Below are positions 41,052-51,765 of a DNA stretch of 64,000 nt, piece by piece. Origin of the DNA: Myxococcales bacterium (lineage in GTDB: Bacteria; Myxococcota_A; UBA9042; JABWCM01; BTVJ01); the NCBI GenBank assembly GCA_045863395.1, contig BTVJ01000005.1, forward strand, positions 96,001-160,000. The letters are read 5' to 3'. The stretch's first letter is position 1; each line of letters begins with the position of its first letter. The notes under the pieces are model-generated. The model searched no databases. It saw only the letters and a program-made list of their open reading frames with translations, and was not told where the DNA came from. The translations under genes and the position numbers were made by a program.

Positions 41052-41906
41052 TCAGAACGTCAACCGGCCCTGTAAACCGCCGCCGTCCGCGCCCGCCGCG
41101 GGCGTGATGGCGAAGGTGGGCGATGAGCCGGCACCAGACGCAGCGGATGGCGGCGCCGTGGCATCGACGATGATGAGCACGACCCCTGCTACGAGGGCCG
41201 CCGCGCCGACGCCGATGGTAACGTCCGACGCGAGCGCCAGGGTCTTCGCGTCGTCGCGATAGGCTCGCTTCTCGTTGAGGGCGGTCGCCCCATCGAAGTC
41301 CGACTGGGCCCCAAGGGCGAGCCCCCCGAGAACGCCCCCCGTGATCGCGGTCGCTCCACCGACGCCGAGGAGGACCCAGCCTGTGGCACCCAGGGCCGAA
41401 CCACCGGCCTCGGGGCCGCCCGTGGCGCCGATGCCCGTCGCGTCGACCCCGGTGGTCGTCGGATCCCCCTGGCTCGAGGACCCTGCGCGCGCCGCAAGCT
41501 GGGCGCGCAGGTCGGTCAGGCGCTCCCGGGCCTGGTCCCGCGCCGCCGCGTCGGCGTCCGGCGCTCGCTCATACCGCTCGTAGTAGGTGACCGCCTCGGA
41601 CAGCTCGCCGAGCTTCTCGTGGATGCGCGCGATGTTGAAGAGCAGGTTTGCGACGGGCTGGAGCGCGAGGGCCGCCTTGAACCGGGCGAGGGCCTCACGA
41701 TAGCGGCCGCTCTTGTACGCCTCGACCCCCTCCGCGGACAGGACCTCCACCCGTCGGGTGACCGCCGAGGCATCCAGCTCCGTCTCTTGCGCCAGGGCGT
41801 CTGGGCGCACCCCTGCCAGGGCAAGCGCCAGGAGGCCAGCCAGAGCCGCACGCGAGGGTCGATGCCCGCCGCCGGACGTACTGTTCGATTGATCCAATGG
41901 ACTCAT
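41052..41906 (-). CDS. Exported TPR protein with C-terminal hydrophobic helices (myxobacterial type)
   Basis: Signal-like N-terminus; TPR (GVEAYKSGRYREALARF...LLFNIARIHEKLG); Gly-rich hydrophobic segments. Confidence 0.75.
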   Translation of the reverse strand: MSPLDQSNSTSGGGHRPSRAALAGLLALALAGVRPDALAQETELDASAVTRRVEVLSAEGVEAYKSGRYREALARFKAALALQPVANLLFNIARIHEKLGELSEAVTYYERYERAPDADAAARDQARERLTDLRAQLAARAGSSSQGDPTTTGVDATGIGATGGPEAGGSALGATGWVLLGVGGATAITGGVLGGLALGAQSDFDGATALNEKRAYRDDAKTLALASDVTIGVGAAALVAGVVLIIVDATAPPSAASGAGSSPTFAITPAAGADGGGLQGRLTF

Positions 41907-42002
41907 GCCTCGGCACCTGGTTCGCACCGGCGCAGTCTAGCACCCGCGGTCATGACCGGCAAGACGCACCGGAGAGCGCGGCCAGACAGCCGGCCGCGCC
42001 AC

Positions 42003-45000
42003 CTATCGCGCAGCGAGGCGATCATGGTCGGCCCTGGCCTGCGTGCCATAGCGCCCGCTCGGATCCACCCTCATCGCGACGGCGTAGTTGAGGATGGCGC
42101 CCTCGCCATCCCCCAGCTTCTCGAGGACCTGGCCCAGGTGCCAGTAGCTCTCCGACAAGGATGACCCGAGCTTCTCCTCCATCTGCCGGATGCTGGCGCG
42201 GATCAGGTCCGCCGCCTCCTCATAGCGGCCGAGCTGGTAGAGCACCCAGCCCTCGGTGTCGAGGTAGTAGACGTTCTGCGACGGGTCCAGCGCGCGCGCC
42301 CGGCGGACCAGCGCGAGCGCCTCCTCCAGGTTCTCGCCGCGTCGCGCGAAGAGATAGGCCAGGTTGTTGTGGAGCGCCGAGTCGGCGGGCCACCGCGCCA
42401 GGGCCTCGCGGTAGACGGCCACCGCGCCGGGCACGTCCCCGCTGGACTCCAGGACATCCGACTTCAGCGTCACGAACCAGGCCGCGGAGGGGTCCGAGCG
42501 GAGCAGCTCCGACACGTACCCGAGGGACAGGGCGCGCAGAGCAGCCCGCTGCTCGGGGAGCAGGGCCACGTCGGTGCGGTCGTTGACCTCGCGAATGACG
42601 GACGCAATGCCCTGTAGCACCGCAGAGCGATCATCGCTGAGCTGCGCCACCCGATCGAAGTGGGCGCGGGCGAGCTCGATGTGACCGGCGAGCAGGGCGC
42701 GCTTCGCATACTCCAGGTGGCCATCCGGCAGGTTGTAGCCGAGGGCGTCGAAGCGGGCCATGGCGCGCTCGGCATCGTCACCGCGCCCGAGGCCAAGCAA
42801 GGCGGCTCCGCGTACCAGGAGGGCGCCCGGCAGGTCCGCCCGGCGCGCCAGCGACAGGTCGGCCAGGTCGAGTGCGAGGGCCGCGCTCATGTCGATGCCC
42901 TCCAAGTACTGGTAGGCGGCCTCCATGAGGGCGAGCTCTGGCAGGGGCGCGAGGCGGGCGGCTTCGACGAAGGCCGCCCGCGCACCGGGCTCGTCCCCGG
43001 CGCGGAGGCGGCCCAGGCCTCGGAGCTGGTGGAGCCGCCAGGCGTCGGGCTCCACCTCGAGGCCGCGGTCCAGGACGAGTGCGGCGTCCTGAGCGCGCCC
43101 CGCGGCCAGGAGCTCCCGGGCCACGTGGCGGTAGGCCGTGGGCTTGCGCCCGCTCAGCTCGATGAAGCGCTCGAAGGACTCCCGCGAGAGGTCGACACGA
43201 CCCGAGCGCAGGGCCGCGTCGGCCACCTTGAAGGCCAGATCCGCGCTGCCACGGTCCTTGACCAGCAGCCTGCGCCGGGCCTCGGCCGCCAGATCCCAGC
43301 GGAGCCTCCGCGCCATCTGGTCCGCGAGGCGCCCGAGCTCCTCGTCGGGATCCGGCGAGCGCTCAAGCAGCCCCTCCACTCCCCGCCACAGCGCCTCGTC
43401 ATCGCCCCCGAGCAGGTGCACCGCCACCATCTGGCGCCAGGGCTCGGGGCTTGCCGGGTCGATCCGGGCCCAGCCCTCCAGCGCGCGAGCGGCTTGGGGC
43501 CACTGCTGGACCTCGAACATCACTGACGCGAGCCCACGCAGGGCGTCGAGGCGATTGTCCTGGCTGGCGAGCACCGCATCGTAGAGGGCATCGACGCCTG
43601 AGCGATCACCGCGCAGCAGCAGGAGCTTGACCGCGAGGCCCAGGCCGGGGCCCCAGGTGCGCGGGTCACCCGAGAGGGCAACCGAGCGCGCGAGGGGCTC
43701 CGCGAGGTCGGAGTAGCCGCCGTCGAAGCAAGCCGCGGCGAGGCGCAGGGCGATGCCGGGGTCCCCAGGAATGACGCGTTCGCGCAGGCGCTCGATCTGG
43801 GTCCGCGAGGAGGAGACGTCACCCGCCCGCAGGGTCAGCTCCAGCAACAGCACCGATGCGGCGGGCATCATCCGCTGCTCCAACGCCTCGGCGAGCACCT
43901 CGATGGCCTCCGGCACGCGCCCAGCCGCAAGGACGTGGGCCCCGAGCACCCGCGCGGTGGCGTCGTCGAGGAGCCCGCCCCGCGCCAGGAACGCGCGCAG
44001 CTCCGCGAGGGCCCGTGGCGCGTCTCCCTCATCCAGCAGCAGCGCGACGAGCGCGACCAGCAGCGTGGGGTCGTCCCCGACGGACTCGAGGGCTCCCGCC
44101 AACACGGCGACGGCGTCGGCGGCCAACCCCGCGGCGCGGTAGGCCTGCGACGCGGCGATGGCCCGGCTCGCAGGGTCGTCCTGGCCGTCCTGGCCGGGTG
44201 GCATGCCGGCGGCTCCCGCCTCACGCTGGGGAGGCGCGTGCAGGTAGAGCTCGAGCCAGCGGCGACCCTCGTCCGTCTTTCCATCCGCGAGCAGCCGCAG
44301 CGCGATGATCCGTCGGATCTCGGAGCGCGGACGCACCCGGTCCGCCTCGATGAGATAGCGCACCATCTGATCGAAGCGGCTCGCCTCCGCGTACGCCAGC
44401 GCCGCATCCCAGTATGCCTGCTCCATGTCCCTGGCCGTCACGAGGTACTGGGCAACCGCTGCGTCCAGATCCCCCCCCTCGCCCGAGAACAGCAGCGTGC
44501 GGGCGAGCTGCTGCAGCGCGTCGCCAGAGGCGCCGACCAGCGGCTGCTCCAGGGCCTTTCGATAGTGGGTGATCGCCTTGTCCAGCTCGTCGTGGCGCTG
44601 GTACACGTCGGCGAGCTTCGCGGCGCCGAGCTCGTCCAGGCGCAGGTAGCGGAAGGCCGCTTGATCCGCCTCGGCGGACTGACCCACCTCCAGCAGCAGG
44701 TCCACGAGCTGGAGCTGGTACGCAGGCTCCTGCGGCGCTTGGGCGATGGCACGCCGGGTCAGATCGATGGCGAGGTCGATGCGCTCCGTCCGATCATAGA
44801 GGGCCCGGGCCCGGTCGAGGACCTCCTTCGGGTCCTTGGAGAGCCCGAGCGCCAGCACCACGTCATCGTGGGCGGCCTTCATGTTCCCCTCCCGGGCGCT
44901 CAGCTCCGCTCGGGCAAAGTGGAGCCATGGGTCCTTCCGGCCCTTCGAGAGCGCCTGATCGATCAGGGCCCGCGCGCGACCGTGCAGCCCCCGACGCTCC

Positions 45001-47849
45001 AGGAGCTTGATTGCATCCAGCACTGCGCTCACCGTGAAGCCCCGCAGGCTGACGAGGCGATCGAGCTCCTCCACGCCCGCCCGCTCGTCACCGGCGAGGA
45101 GCAGCTCCTCGGCGATGTGGGCCATGGCCTCCTGGTCGCCGGGCCGGTCGACCAGGATCTCGCGATAGACGCGGATGGCCTCCACGCGCAGACCCAGTGA
45201 GCGCAGCTGCTCCGCTGCCCGGGAGCGGGCGGACGTGCGGTTGCCCTGCAGCAGCACATAGTTGCGCGCCAGCTCTGGGACCTCGTCCCGGCGCCCCGCC
45301 TTGACGAGGGCGTCCGTGTACCGCGGGAAGAGGTTGTCCAGGTTGCGCCGGTTCTCGGCCACGAAGGCCGCCTCGAAGTGCCTCAGCGCCCTGGTGAGCT
45401 CGCTGGCCTCGTAATACTGTTGGGCCACGCGGACATGGGCGCCGGGCTTGTCGGGCTCCGCCTCCACCACCTGGGCAAACGCGCGCTCCGCGCGCTCGGT
45501 CTGGCGCAGCTTGAGCAACGCCACTCCCTGGTTGAAGGACACGGCCTGTCGCTCCGACGCGGAGGCCATCGCCAGGTCGTAGGCGCGCACGGCCAGATCC
45601 CAGAGCTGCGCGTTGAAGAGCTGGTCACCGAGCGCCCGCATCTCTCGTGGCTTGGCTCCGCCAGCGTCGAGGAAGCGCTCGAAGTGATGCCGTGAGCGCG
45701 CGATGTCGCCCCGCTTCGCGTACATCCTCGCCAGGCGGCGGTGGACCTCCGGGTCCTTGACGTCGTCGGCGCCGAGCGCCCCGACGACGCGGGCGGCCTC
45801 CGCCTCGTGGCCCTTGCCGATCAGGTACAGAGCCACCTTCTCTACGGCCGCACCCCTCTCTGGCGCCCGCTCCACGTAGCGCTGGAACGCGGTGATCGCC
45901 TGGTCGAGGCGCTTCGCCGCGACGTAGGCCTGGCCGAGCAGGAAGCTCGCCTCGGCGTCGGCCGGGTCCAGGCGGGCGATCTCCTCCTGAACGAGGACCT
46001 GGAGCTCCACCATCGTCGCCTGCGGGCGGATGCGCTGCGCGATGAGACGGGCTGCGGCGAGGCGATCCGGGGATCGCTCCAGCAGGGCGCGGAAGTAGAC
46101 TGCCGCCTTGTCTGGGTCCCGGCGCTTGCCCGACAGGAAGGCGGACCCCAGGAGCTGGAGCGCCTCGGCCGCCTCCGCGTCTCGGCCCGGGGGAGCCGCA
46201 GCCACCGCCTCCAGCAGCGGGACCCCGCGGTCCGCGTCACCGCGGTCCATGTACCGGCGCCCGACGGCGAGGCGGGCGCCGATGGGATCGGACGCGGACG
46301 CCATGAAGCGGTCCATGGTCTTGGTCTCGTTCGAGTGGTCATCGCGGGAGCGGTAGATGTCGGCCAGCGCGACGGACGCGCGCTGGAGCCCCGGGCGGGC
46401 CTCCAGCGCCCCCTGGAGCGCCACCACCGCCTTGTCGTGGAGCTTGAGGTCGGCGTAGAGGAGCCCAACCTCCTCATGCGCGATGGCGCGGTCCGGTGCG
46501 CGGCCGACGTAGGCCAGGAGCTCCTTGTCCCGCGCGTCGTCATGGCCCAGCTCGTGCTCCAGCCTCCCCACCTGGAGCAGGAGCGCGGGGTCTGCACCCG
46601 GGAGGGCCAGGGCGCGCCGGTAGAGGTCGATGGCCTCCTGCTGCTGCCCCAGGGACGCCAGGGCCTTGGCGGCGTCCTCGGCCGCTGCTCGGGTGCCGGC
46701 CAGCTCCACGAAGCTCAAGTAGAGGGGCACGAGCTTGTCGCGATCACCGACCCTCAGGTAGAGGCGGGCCAGGACGTTGCGAGGCTCCAGGTTGGTCGGT
46801 TCGAGTTCGATCGCCTCTTGGAGCGCCTCGATGGCGAGCTGGGGAGCCTGGAACTTGATGTAGAGGCGCGCCGCGGCCTCCCGAGCCTCCACCTGTGCGG
46901 CGGCGGGGAGCGTCGCGTAGTGGCGACCGAAGGCGGCCTTGGCGTCGTCGAGGCGGCGTAGCTTCAGGTAGAGCACCGCGAGGTCACCGAACAGCCCCTC
47001 CTGGGTCGGGTCCAGCTCGGCAGAGCGCCGGTACGCCTGCTCGGCTGGGTCGAACTTGAAGTTGGACTCGTAGAAGTTCGCCAGCTCGCGCAGCACCCGC
47101 GCGCTGCTGGCCTGGTCCACCCCCTTGCCCTTGAGGTACGTGTCGAGCTCGCGGGCGGCCTCGTCGGCCTGGCCGAGGAGGGTGTGCACGCGGCCCCGAC
47201 GAAAGGCCAGATCCACCGGGTCGGCAAACGGGGCGGCCTTGTCGTATGCGGCCAGGGCGTCGCGGTAGTAGCCGGCGTCATAGGCGGCATCGCCGGCCCC
47301 CAGGAAGGCAGCGGCGATGCGGGCCCGGTCGGCCTCGTCGGGAGCCCCCGCTGCCGCCAGGCGCCCAGCGTACCCGGACGCCTCCTTGTACGCCCCTCCC
47401 GCGAGCGCCTCGTCGATGGCCCCGCGAAGGGCGGCCGCGCGAAGGTCGCCGGGGTGCTCCGCATAGCGCGGGTCCAGCGCCTCGGCCGCCGCCACGTGCT
47501 CGGCCGCCTCCGCCGCCCGCCCACGGGCCAAGGCGTTGACGGCGAGCCAGTGGAGCGCGTCCACGCTGCTCGGAAGCAACGACGTCGCCTGGCGCAGCGA
47601 GGGCTCCGCCTCCTCGTGGCGCCCGGCCTGCTCCAAGGCGATGCCGAGCCGCAGCGCGGCCTCCCCGTCCCCCGGGGCCTGCGCGGCGGCGGCGCGAAGG
47701 GCCGGCTCGGTGGCCTCGATGGGACCATCGGGGAGCAGGTCGTCTCGAAGCAGGGCCTTGCCGCAGCCCGCGCTCGCCAGGAGGGCGAGGAGCACGACGC
47801 AGGCGGGTGCGTAGGAGGAGCGGAGCCGGCGGTTGAGTGTGGCGGTCAT
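42003..47849 (-). CDS. Giant TPR-repeat lipoprotein (~1950 aa)
   Basis: Lipobox SAG-C; TPR-like helices throughout; NNLAY...YLDTEGWVLY C-terminal TPR block. Confidence 0.8.
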   Translation of the reverse strand: MTATLNRRLRSSYAPACVVLLALLASAGCGKALLRDDLLPDGPIEATEPALRAAAAQAPGDGEAALRLGIALEQAGRHEEAEPSLRQATSLLPSSVDALHWLAVNALARGRAAEAAEHVAAAEALDPRYAEHPGDLRAAALRGAIDEALAGGAYKEASGYAGRLAAAGAPDEADRARIAAAFLGAGDAAYDAGYYRDALAAYDKAAPFADPVDLAFRRGRVHTLLGQADEAARELDTYLKGKGVDQASSARVLRELANFYESNFKFDPAEQAYRRSAELDPTQEGLFGDLAVLYLKLRRLDDAKAAFGRHYATLPAAAQVEAREAAARLYIKFQAPQLAIEALQEAIELEPTNLEPRNVLARLYLRVGDRDKLVPLYLSFVELAGTRAAAEDAAKALASLGQQQEAIDLYRRALALPGADPALLLQVGRLEHELGHDDARDKELLAYVGRAPDRAIAHEEVGLLYADLKLHDKAVVALQGALEARPGLQRASVALADIYRSRDDHSNETKTMDRFMASASDPIGARLAVGRRYMDRGDADRGVPLLEAVAAAPPGRDAEAAEALQLLGSAFLSGKRRDPDKAAVYFRALLERSPDRLAAARLIAQRIRPQATMVELQVLVQEEIARLDPADAEASFLLGQAYVAAKRLDQAITAFQRYVERAPERGAAVEKVALYLIGKGHEAEAARVVGALGADDVKDPEVHRRLARMYAKRGDIARSRHHFERFLDAGGAKPREMRALGDQLFNAQLWDLAVRAYDLAMASASERQAVSFNQGVALLKLRQTERAERAFAQVVEAEPDKPGAHVRVAQQYYEASELTRALRHFEAAFVAENRRNLDNLFPRYTDALVKAGRRDEVPELARNYVLLQGNRTSARSRAAEQLRSLGLRVEAIRVYREILVDRPGDQEAMAHIAEELLLAGDERAGVEELDRLVSLRGFTVSAVLDAIKLLERRGLHGRARALIDQALSKGRKDPWLHFARAELSAREGNMKAAHDDVVLALGLSKDPKEVLDRARALYDRTERIDLAIDLTRRAIAQAPQEPAYQLQLVDLLLEVGQSAEADQAAFRYLRLDELGAAKLADVYQRHDELDKAITHYRKALEQPLVGASGDALQQLARTLLFSGEGGDLDAAVAQYLVTARDMEQAYWDAALAYAEASRFDQMVRYLIEADRVRPRSEIRRIIALRLLADGKTDEGRRWLELYLHAPPQREAGAAGMPPGQDGQDDPASRAIAASQAYRAAGLAADAVAVLAGALESVGDDPTLLVALVALLLDEGDAPRALAELRAFLARGGLLDDATARVLGAHVLAAGRVPEAIEVLAEALEQRMMPAASVLLLELTLRAGDVSSSRTQIERLRERVIPGDPGIALRLAAACFDGGYSDLAEPLARSVALSGDPRTWGPGLGLAVKLLLLRGDRSGVDALYDAVLASQDNRLDALRGLASVMFEVQQWPQAARALEGWARIDPASPEPWRQMVAVHLLGGDDEALWRGVEGLLERSPDPDEELGRLADQMARRLRWDLAAEARRRLLVKDRGSADLAFKVADAALRSGRVDLSRESFERFIELSGRKPTAYRHVARELLAAGRAQDAALVLDRGLEVEPDAWRLHQLRGLGRLRAGDEPGARAAFVEAARLAPLPELALMEAAYQYLEGIDMSAALALDLADLSLARRADLPGALLVRGAALLGLGRGDDAERAMARFDALGYNLPDGHLEYAKRALLAGHIELARAHFDRVAQLSDDRSAVLQGIASVIREVNDRTDVALLPEQRAALRALSLGYVSELLRSDPSAAWFVTLKSDVLESSGDVPGAVAVYREALARWPADSALHNNLAYLFARRGENLEEALALVRRARALDPSQNVYYLDTEGWVLYQLGRYEEAADLIRASIRQMEEKLGSSLSESYWHLGQVLEKLGDGEGAILNYAVAMRVDPSGRYGTQARADHDRLAAR

Positions 47850-47915
47850 CGCGTCCTCGAACAACGGGCTCGGGTGATCGGTTCCCGGCAGGGCCACCAT
47901 GGCTCAGCCTCTACG

Positions 47916-49466
47916 TCAGCTCATCAGCGCGCGCGCGACCGCGTCGGCGAGGCCGTCGGCGGTGTGCGGCGAGGCCTCCGCGTGGACCGGGAGGCCGAGC
48001 GCGCGCGCGGCCGTCGAGGTCGTCGGGCCGATGGTCGCGATCCGGACCCGCCCGAGCAGGTCGAGGGCCTCCTCGCCCCCACCGAGGCGCCCCACGAGAT
48101 TGCGCACCGCCGACGGGCTCGTCAACGTGACGGCGTGGAGGGCACCACTTCGCAGGGCCTGTAGTGCGGGCCCCGGGTCCGGCTCCTCCGGGCAGACGGT
48201 GCGGTAGGCGGTGACCACGTCGATGAAGCCCCCCAGGGCCGCGATGCCCGCCGGGATGACGTCGCGTCCCTCGGCGGCGCGGGGCATGAGGAAGCGGCCG
48301 CTCGCCAGGCCCGCGCGTCCGAGCGCCTGCTCCAGGGCCGAGAGGACCCCCTCGGCGGTCGCCTCCTCGGGAACGAGATCGGCGACGATCCCGTGAGCTT
48401 CCAGGCGCTCTGCGGTGGCCGGACCCACTGCGCAGATGCAGACCGGCGCAAGAAGCCGGGCATCTCCGTTGAGCGCCCGAATCCGCTCGAACAAGGCATC
48501 GACGGCGTTGGCGCTGGTCAGGATGACCCACCCATAGGTGTCGAGACGCGCCAGGGCGCTGTCGAGGGGCGCCGTCGACTCCGGCGGCGCGAAGGCGAGC
48601 ACGGGCAGGACGAGCACGTCGGCCCCCAGCGCCTCGAGGGCCTCGACGAGGCCCCCGGCCTGCTCTCGGGCCCTCGTCACCAGCACCCGCGCCCCGTGCA
48701 GTGGCCGTCGATCGAACCATGCGATCTCGCTGCGGAGCGCCACCACGTCCCCGACGACCAGCGTGGCGGGAGACCCGATGGCGGCCGCCGCCGCGCGAGC
48801 CGCGATGTCGGCGAGGGTGCCGGTCACAGTGCGCTGGGCCGCCGTCGTGCCCCACTGGACCACCGCCGCGGGGGTCGCTGGAGCGCGCCCTCCGGCGACC
48901 ATGGCCGCCGCGATGGCGGCCAGGCGCCGCGCGCCCATCAGCACGACCAGCGTGTCGGCCGCCGTCGCCATGCGCTCCCAGCGCACCCGATCCATGGGGC
49001 GGGCCGGGTCCTCGTGGCCGGTGACCACCAGCAGCGAGGAGGACGCGCGGCGATCCGTCACGGGGATCCCCGCATAGGCCGGCACGGCGAGGGCGGCGCT
49101 CGGCCCGGGGACCACCTCGAAGGGTACGCCGTGGGCAGCCAGCCACGCGGCCTCCTCGCCGCCCCGCCCGAAGAGGAAGGGGTCGCCCCCCTTCAGTCTC
49201 ACGACGAGGCGCGCGCGGCGGGCCCGGTCGACGAGCAGCTCGTTGATCTGCTGCTGGGAGAGGGCGCGCGCCCCGGCCCACTTGCCGGCGTAGATGCGCT
49301 CGGCCTCCGGTCGCGCGGCATCGAGCAGCGCCGCGGACACCAGGTGATCGTGGACCACCACGTCGGCGGCCCGGAGGCGCTCCATTCCACGGACCGTGAT
49401 GAGCCCGGGGTCACCAGGACCAGCCCCCACGAGGGAGACCAGCCCGACGGCGCGTGCCTCACGCAC
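47916..49466 (-). CDS. cobA: Fused uroporphyrinogen-III C-methyltransferase / uroporphyrinogen-III synthase (CobA-HemD)
   Basis: LVGAGPGDPGLIT and RLKGGDPFLFGRGGEE, then VLVTRAREQ, LTSANAV, AVGPAT, LTSPSAV. Confidence 0.93.
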   Translation of the reverse strand: MREARAVGLVSLVGAGPGDPGLITVRGMERLRAADVVVHDHLVSAALLDAARPEAERIYAGKWAGARALSQQQINELLVDRARRARLVVRLKGGDPFLFGRGGEEAAWLAAHGVPFEVVPGPSAALAVPAYAGIPVTDRRASSSLLVVTGHEDPARPMDRVRWERMATAADTLVVLMGARRLAAIAAAMVAGGRAPATPAAVVQWGTTAAQRTVTGTLADIAARAAAAAIGSPATLVVGDVVALRSEIAWFDRRPLHGARVLVTRAREQAGGLVEALEALGADVLVLPVLAFAPPESTAPLDSALARLDTYGWVILTSANAVDALFERIRALNGDARLLAPVCICAVGPATAERLEAHGIVADLVPEEATAEGVLSALEQALGRAGLASGRFLMPRAAEGRDVIPAGIAALGGFIDVVTAYRTVCPEEPDPGPALQALRSGALHAVTLTSPSAVRNLVGRLGGGEEALDLLGRVRIATIGPTTSTAARALGLPVHAEASPHTADGLADAVARALMS

Positions 49467-50403
49467 CCGTGCCCTCGGGGGTCACGCCGATGGCGGCGAG
49501 GATGTCGAGCCCCCCGTCGGCGAGCAGCCGGTCGGCGAGGCGCAGGCCGATGACGGCCGCGTCCTCGGGCGCCCCGGAGTCCTCGCCGCGCACGATGCGG
49601 GACCCGTCCGGGGCGGCGATCAGCGCTCGCAGCCGGAGCGCGCCGCCCTCGACCACCGCGAACCCGGCGACAGGGGTGACGCAGCTCCCGCCGAGGCGCC
49701 GCATCACGGCGCGCTCCGCTGTGACCGCCGCGGCGGTGGCCGGGTGATCGAGGCGCGTCAGCCCCTCGCGCAGGGCGGCGTGGTCCTCGCGTGTCTCCAG
49801 CGCGAGCGCCCCCTGCCCGATGGCCGGGAGCATCTCGTCGGCGCTGAGCACCGCCCCCTTGACGTCGTGCAGCCCGAGGCGCCGCAGCCCGGCGTGGGCC
49901 AGGATGGTCGCGTCGAAGTCGCCCCGATCCACCTTGCCGAGGCGCGTCTCCACGTTGCCGCGGAGCTGCTCGACGCGCAGATCTGGCCGCAGCGCCAGGA
50001 TCTGCGAGCGGCGCCGCAGGCTGGACGAGCCGACGAGGGAGCCCGCGGGCACCTCGGCGAGAGGGCGACCGTCGCGGGTGATGAGCACATCGAAGGGGCT
50101 CTCCCGCTCCAGCGTCGCGGTGAGCACGAAGCCGGGCGGCAGGACCCCCGGGACGTCTTTCATGCTGTGGACCGCCAGGTCGACCTCGCCGAGGGCGAGA
50201 GCCTCTTCAATCTCTTTGATGAACAGCCCCTTGCCGCCGATCTCCGACAGGCTCCGGTCCTGGATGCGATCCCCGCTCGTCTTGATGATCTGCAGGTCGA
50301 CCCGCCCGGCGATGCCCGTGTCGACGAGCAGCTTCGCGATGTGCCGCGACTGCACGAGCGCCAGGTTGCTGCCCCGTGTCCCGATCCTGACCACTGGAAT
50401 CAT
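49459..50403 (-). CDS. hemC: Hydroxymethylbilane synthase
   Basis: IGTRGSNLAL, GGKGLFIKEIE, AVHSMKDVP, SSLRR, LGGSC. Confidence 0.97.
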   Translation of the reverse strand: MIPVVRIGTRGSNLALVQSRHIAKLLVDTGIAGRVDLQIIKTSGDRIQDRSLSEIGGKGLFIKEIEEALALGEVDLAVHSMKDVPGVLPPGFVLTATLERESPFDVLITRDGRPLAEVPAGSLVGSSSLRRRSQILALRPDLRVEQLRGNVETRLGKVDRGDFDATILAHAGLRRLGLHDVKGAVLSADEMLPAIGQGALALETREDHAALREGLTRLDHPATAAAVTAERAVMRRLGGSCVTPVAGFAVVEGGALRLRALIAAPDGSRIVRGEDSGAPEDAAVIGLRLADRLLADGGLDILAAIGVTPEGTGA

Positions 50404-50414
50404 CGGTCCTCCGC

Positions 50415-51755
50415 CTACGCGCTGTCGCGTGCCTGTTCGCTCCCGCGCTCGCCTGCCGCAGGCTCGGGCGCATGTGGCTCCTCGGCTGGCAGCGCGAACA
50501 GATCGCGCACGGCCTCCACCAGCCTCTGCCCGTCCACACCGCTGCTCTCGCGCTTGAGGCGCACGGTGGGCTCGTGCAGGAACTTGTTCACCATGGCCAT
50601 GGTCATGCGCTCGACCACCGCCCGCTGCTCGTCGGTCAAGGCGCGCAGCGTCTTGTCACTGCGCTCCAGCTCCGCGTCTCGAATCGCCATCACCCGCTTG
50701 CGCAGCGAGGCGATGGTCGGGGTGATCGTCGCCTCGGCAAGCCAGCGGGCGTGGCGCTGGACCTCGTCACGCACGACGAGGATCGCCTTGTCCACCTCGC
50801 GCTGCCGGTCCTCCTGGTTCTTCTTGGTGATCTGCTCGAGGTCGTCCACGTTGTAGAGGTAGACGTTCTCGATCTCGCCCACCCGCGGGTCCACGTCGCG
50901 CGGGACCGCGATGTCCACGAGGAACAGCGCCCGGTACTTGCGGCGCCGCATGACCTTGGCGACCAGGTCGGGCTCGATGACGAACAGCGGGCTGCCCGTC
51001 GACGAGATCACGATGTCCACGTGCTCCAGCAGAAACGGCAGGTCGCCGAAGGCCCGCGCCTGCCAGCCGTGCGCCTCCGCCAGCTTCACCGCGCGCTCGT
51101 AGCTCCGGTTCGCGATGAACACGTTGGAGGCGCCGTTCTCCTCCAGGTTCTGCGCAGCCAGCTCGGCCATCTCGCCCGCGCCGACGACCAGCACCGAGCA
51201 CTTGTCCAGGCTCTCGAAGATGCGCCGCGCCAGCTCGACGGCGACCCAGCTCACGCTGATGGCCCCCGCGGCCACCTGCGTCTCGGTGCGGACGCGCTTG
51301 GCAGCCCGGAACGCCCGCTCGAAGAGGGCGCGCAGCTCGGGGCCGACGGTGCCTGCGTCGGAGGAGCCCGCGAACGCCTCCTTGACCTGCCCCAGGATCT
51401 GGGGCTCGCCTACCACGAGGCTCTCCAGGCTGGACGCCACCCGGAAGAGGTGCTCCACCCCGTCGCCGCCAAGGATCGTGTAGGTGTGGCGGGCGAGGCG
51501 CTCGGTGGGGATCCGCTTCTCGCGGGCGTAGAAGTCGAACACCGCGGTCGCCAGGTCCTCCAGGCGGACACCGGGCCGTGCCACGGCATAGGTCTCGACG
51601 CGGTTGCAGGTGGACACCACCACTGCCTCGCCGACCTCCGGGCACTCGCAGAGGCGGTGCAGGACGCCGGGTAGATCGTCCCGCGCGATGGCCATCTGCT
51701 CGCGCACGTCGACCGGCGCAGACTTGTGGCTGAGCCCGAAGCACAGGAGCTTCAT
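50415..51755 (-). CDS. hemA: Glutamyl-tRNA reductase
   Basis: STCNRVE, SLVVGEPQILGQVK, GAGEM, DIAVPRD. Confidence 0.97.
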   Translation of the reverse strand: MKLLCFGLSHKSAPVDVREQMAIARDDLPGVLHRLCECPEVGEAVVVSTCNRVETYAVARPGVRLEDLATAVFDFYAREKRIPTERLARHTYTILGGDGVEHLFRVASSLESLVVGEPQILGQVKEAFAGSSDAGTVGPELRALFERAFRAAKRVRTETQVAAGAISVSWVAVELARRIFESLDKCSVLVVGAGEMAELAAQNLEENGASNVFIANRSYERAVKLAEAHGWQARAFGDLPFLLEHVDIVISSTGSPLFVIEPDLVAKVMRRRKYRALFLVDIAVPRDVDPRVGEIENVYLYNVDDLEQITKKNQEDRQREVDKAILVVRDEVQRHARWLAEATITPTIASLRKRVMAIRDAELERSDKTLRALTDEQRAVVERMTMAMVNKFLHEPTVRLKRESSGVDGQRLVEAVRDLFALPAEEPHAPEPAAGERGSEQARDSA

Positions 51756-51765
51756 CGTCCCACCC

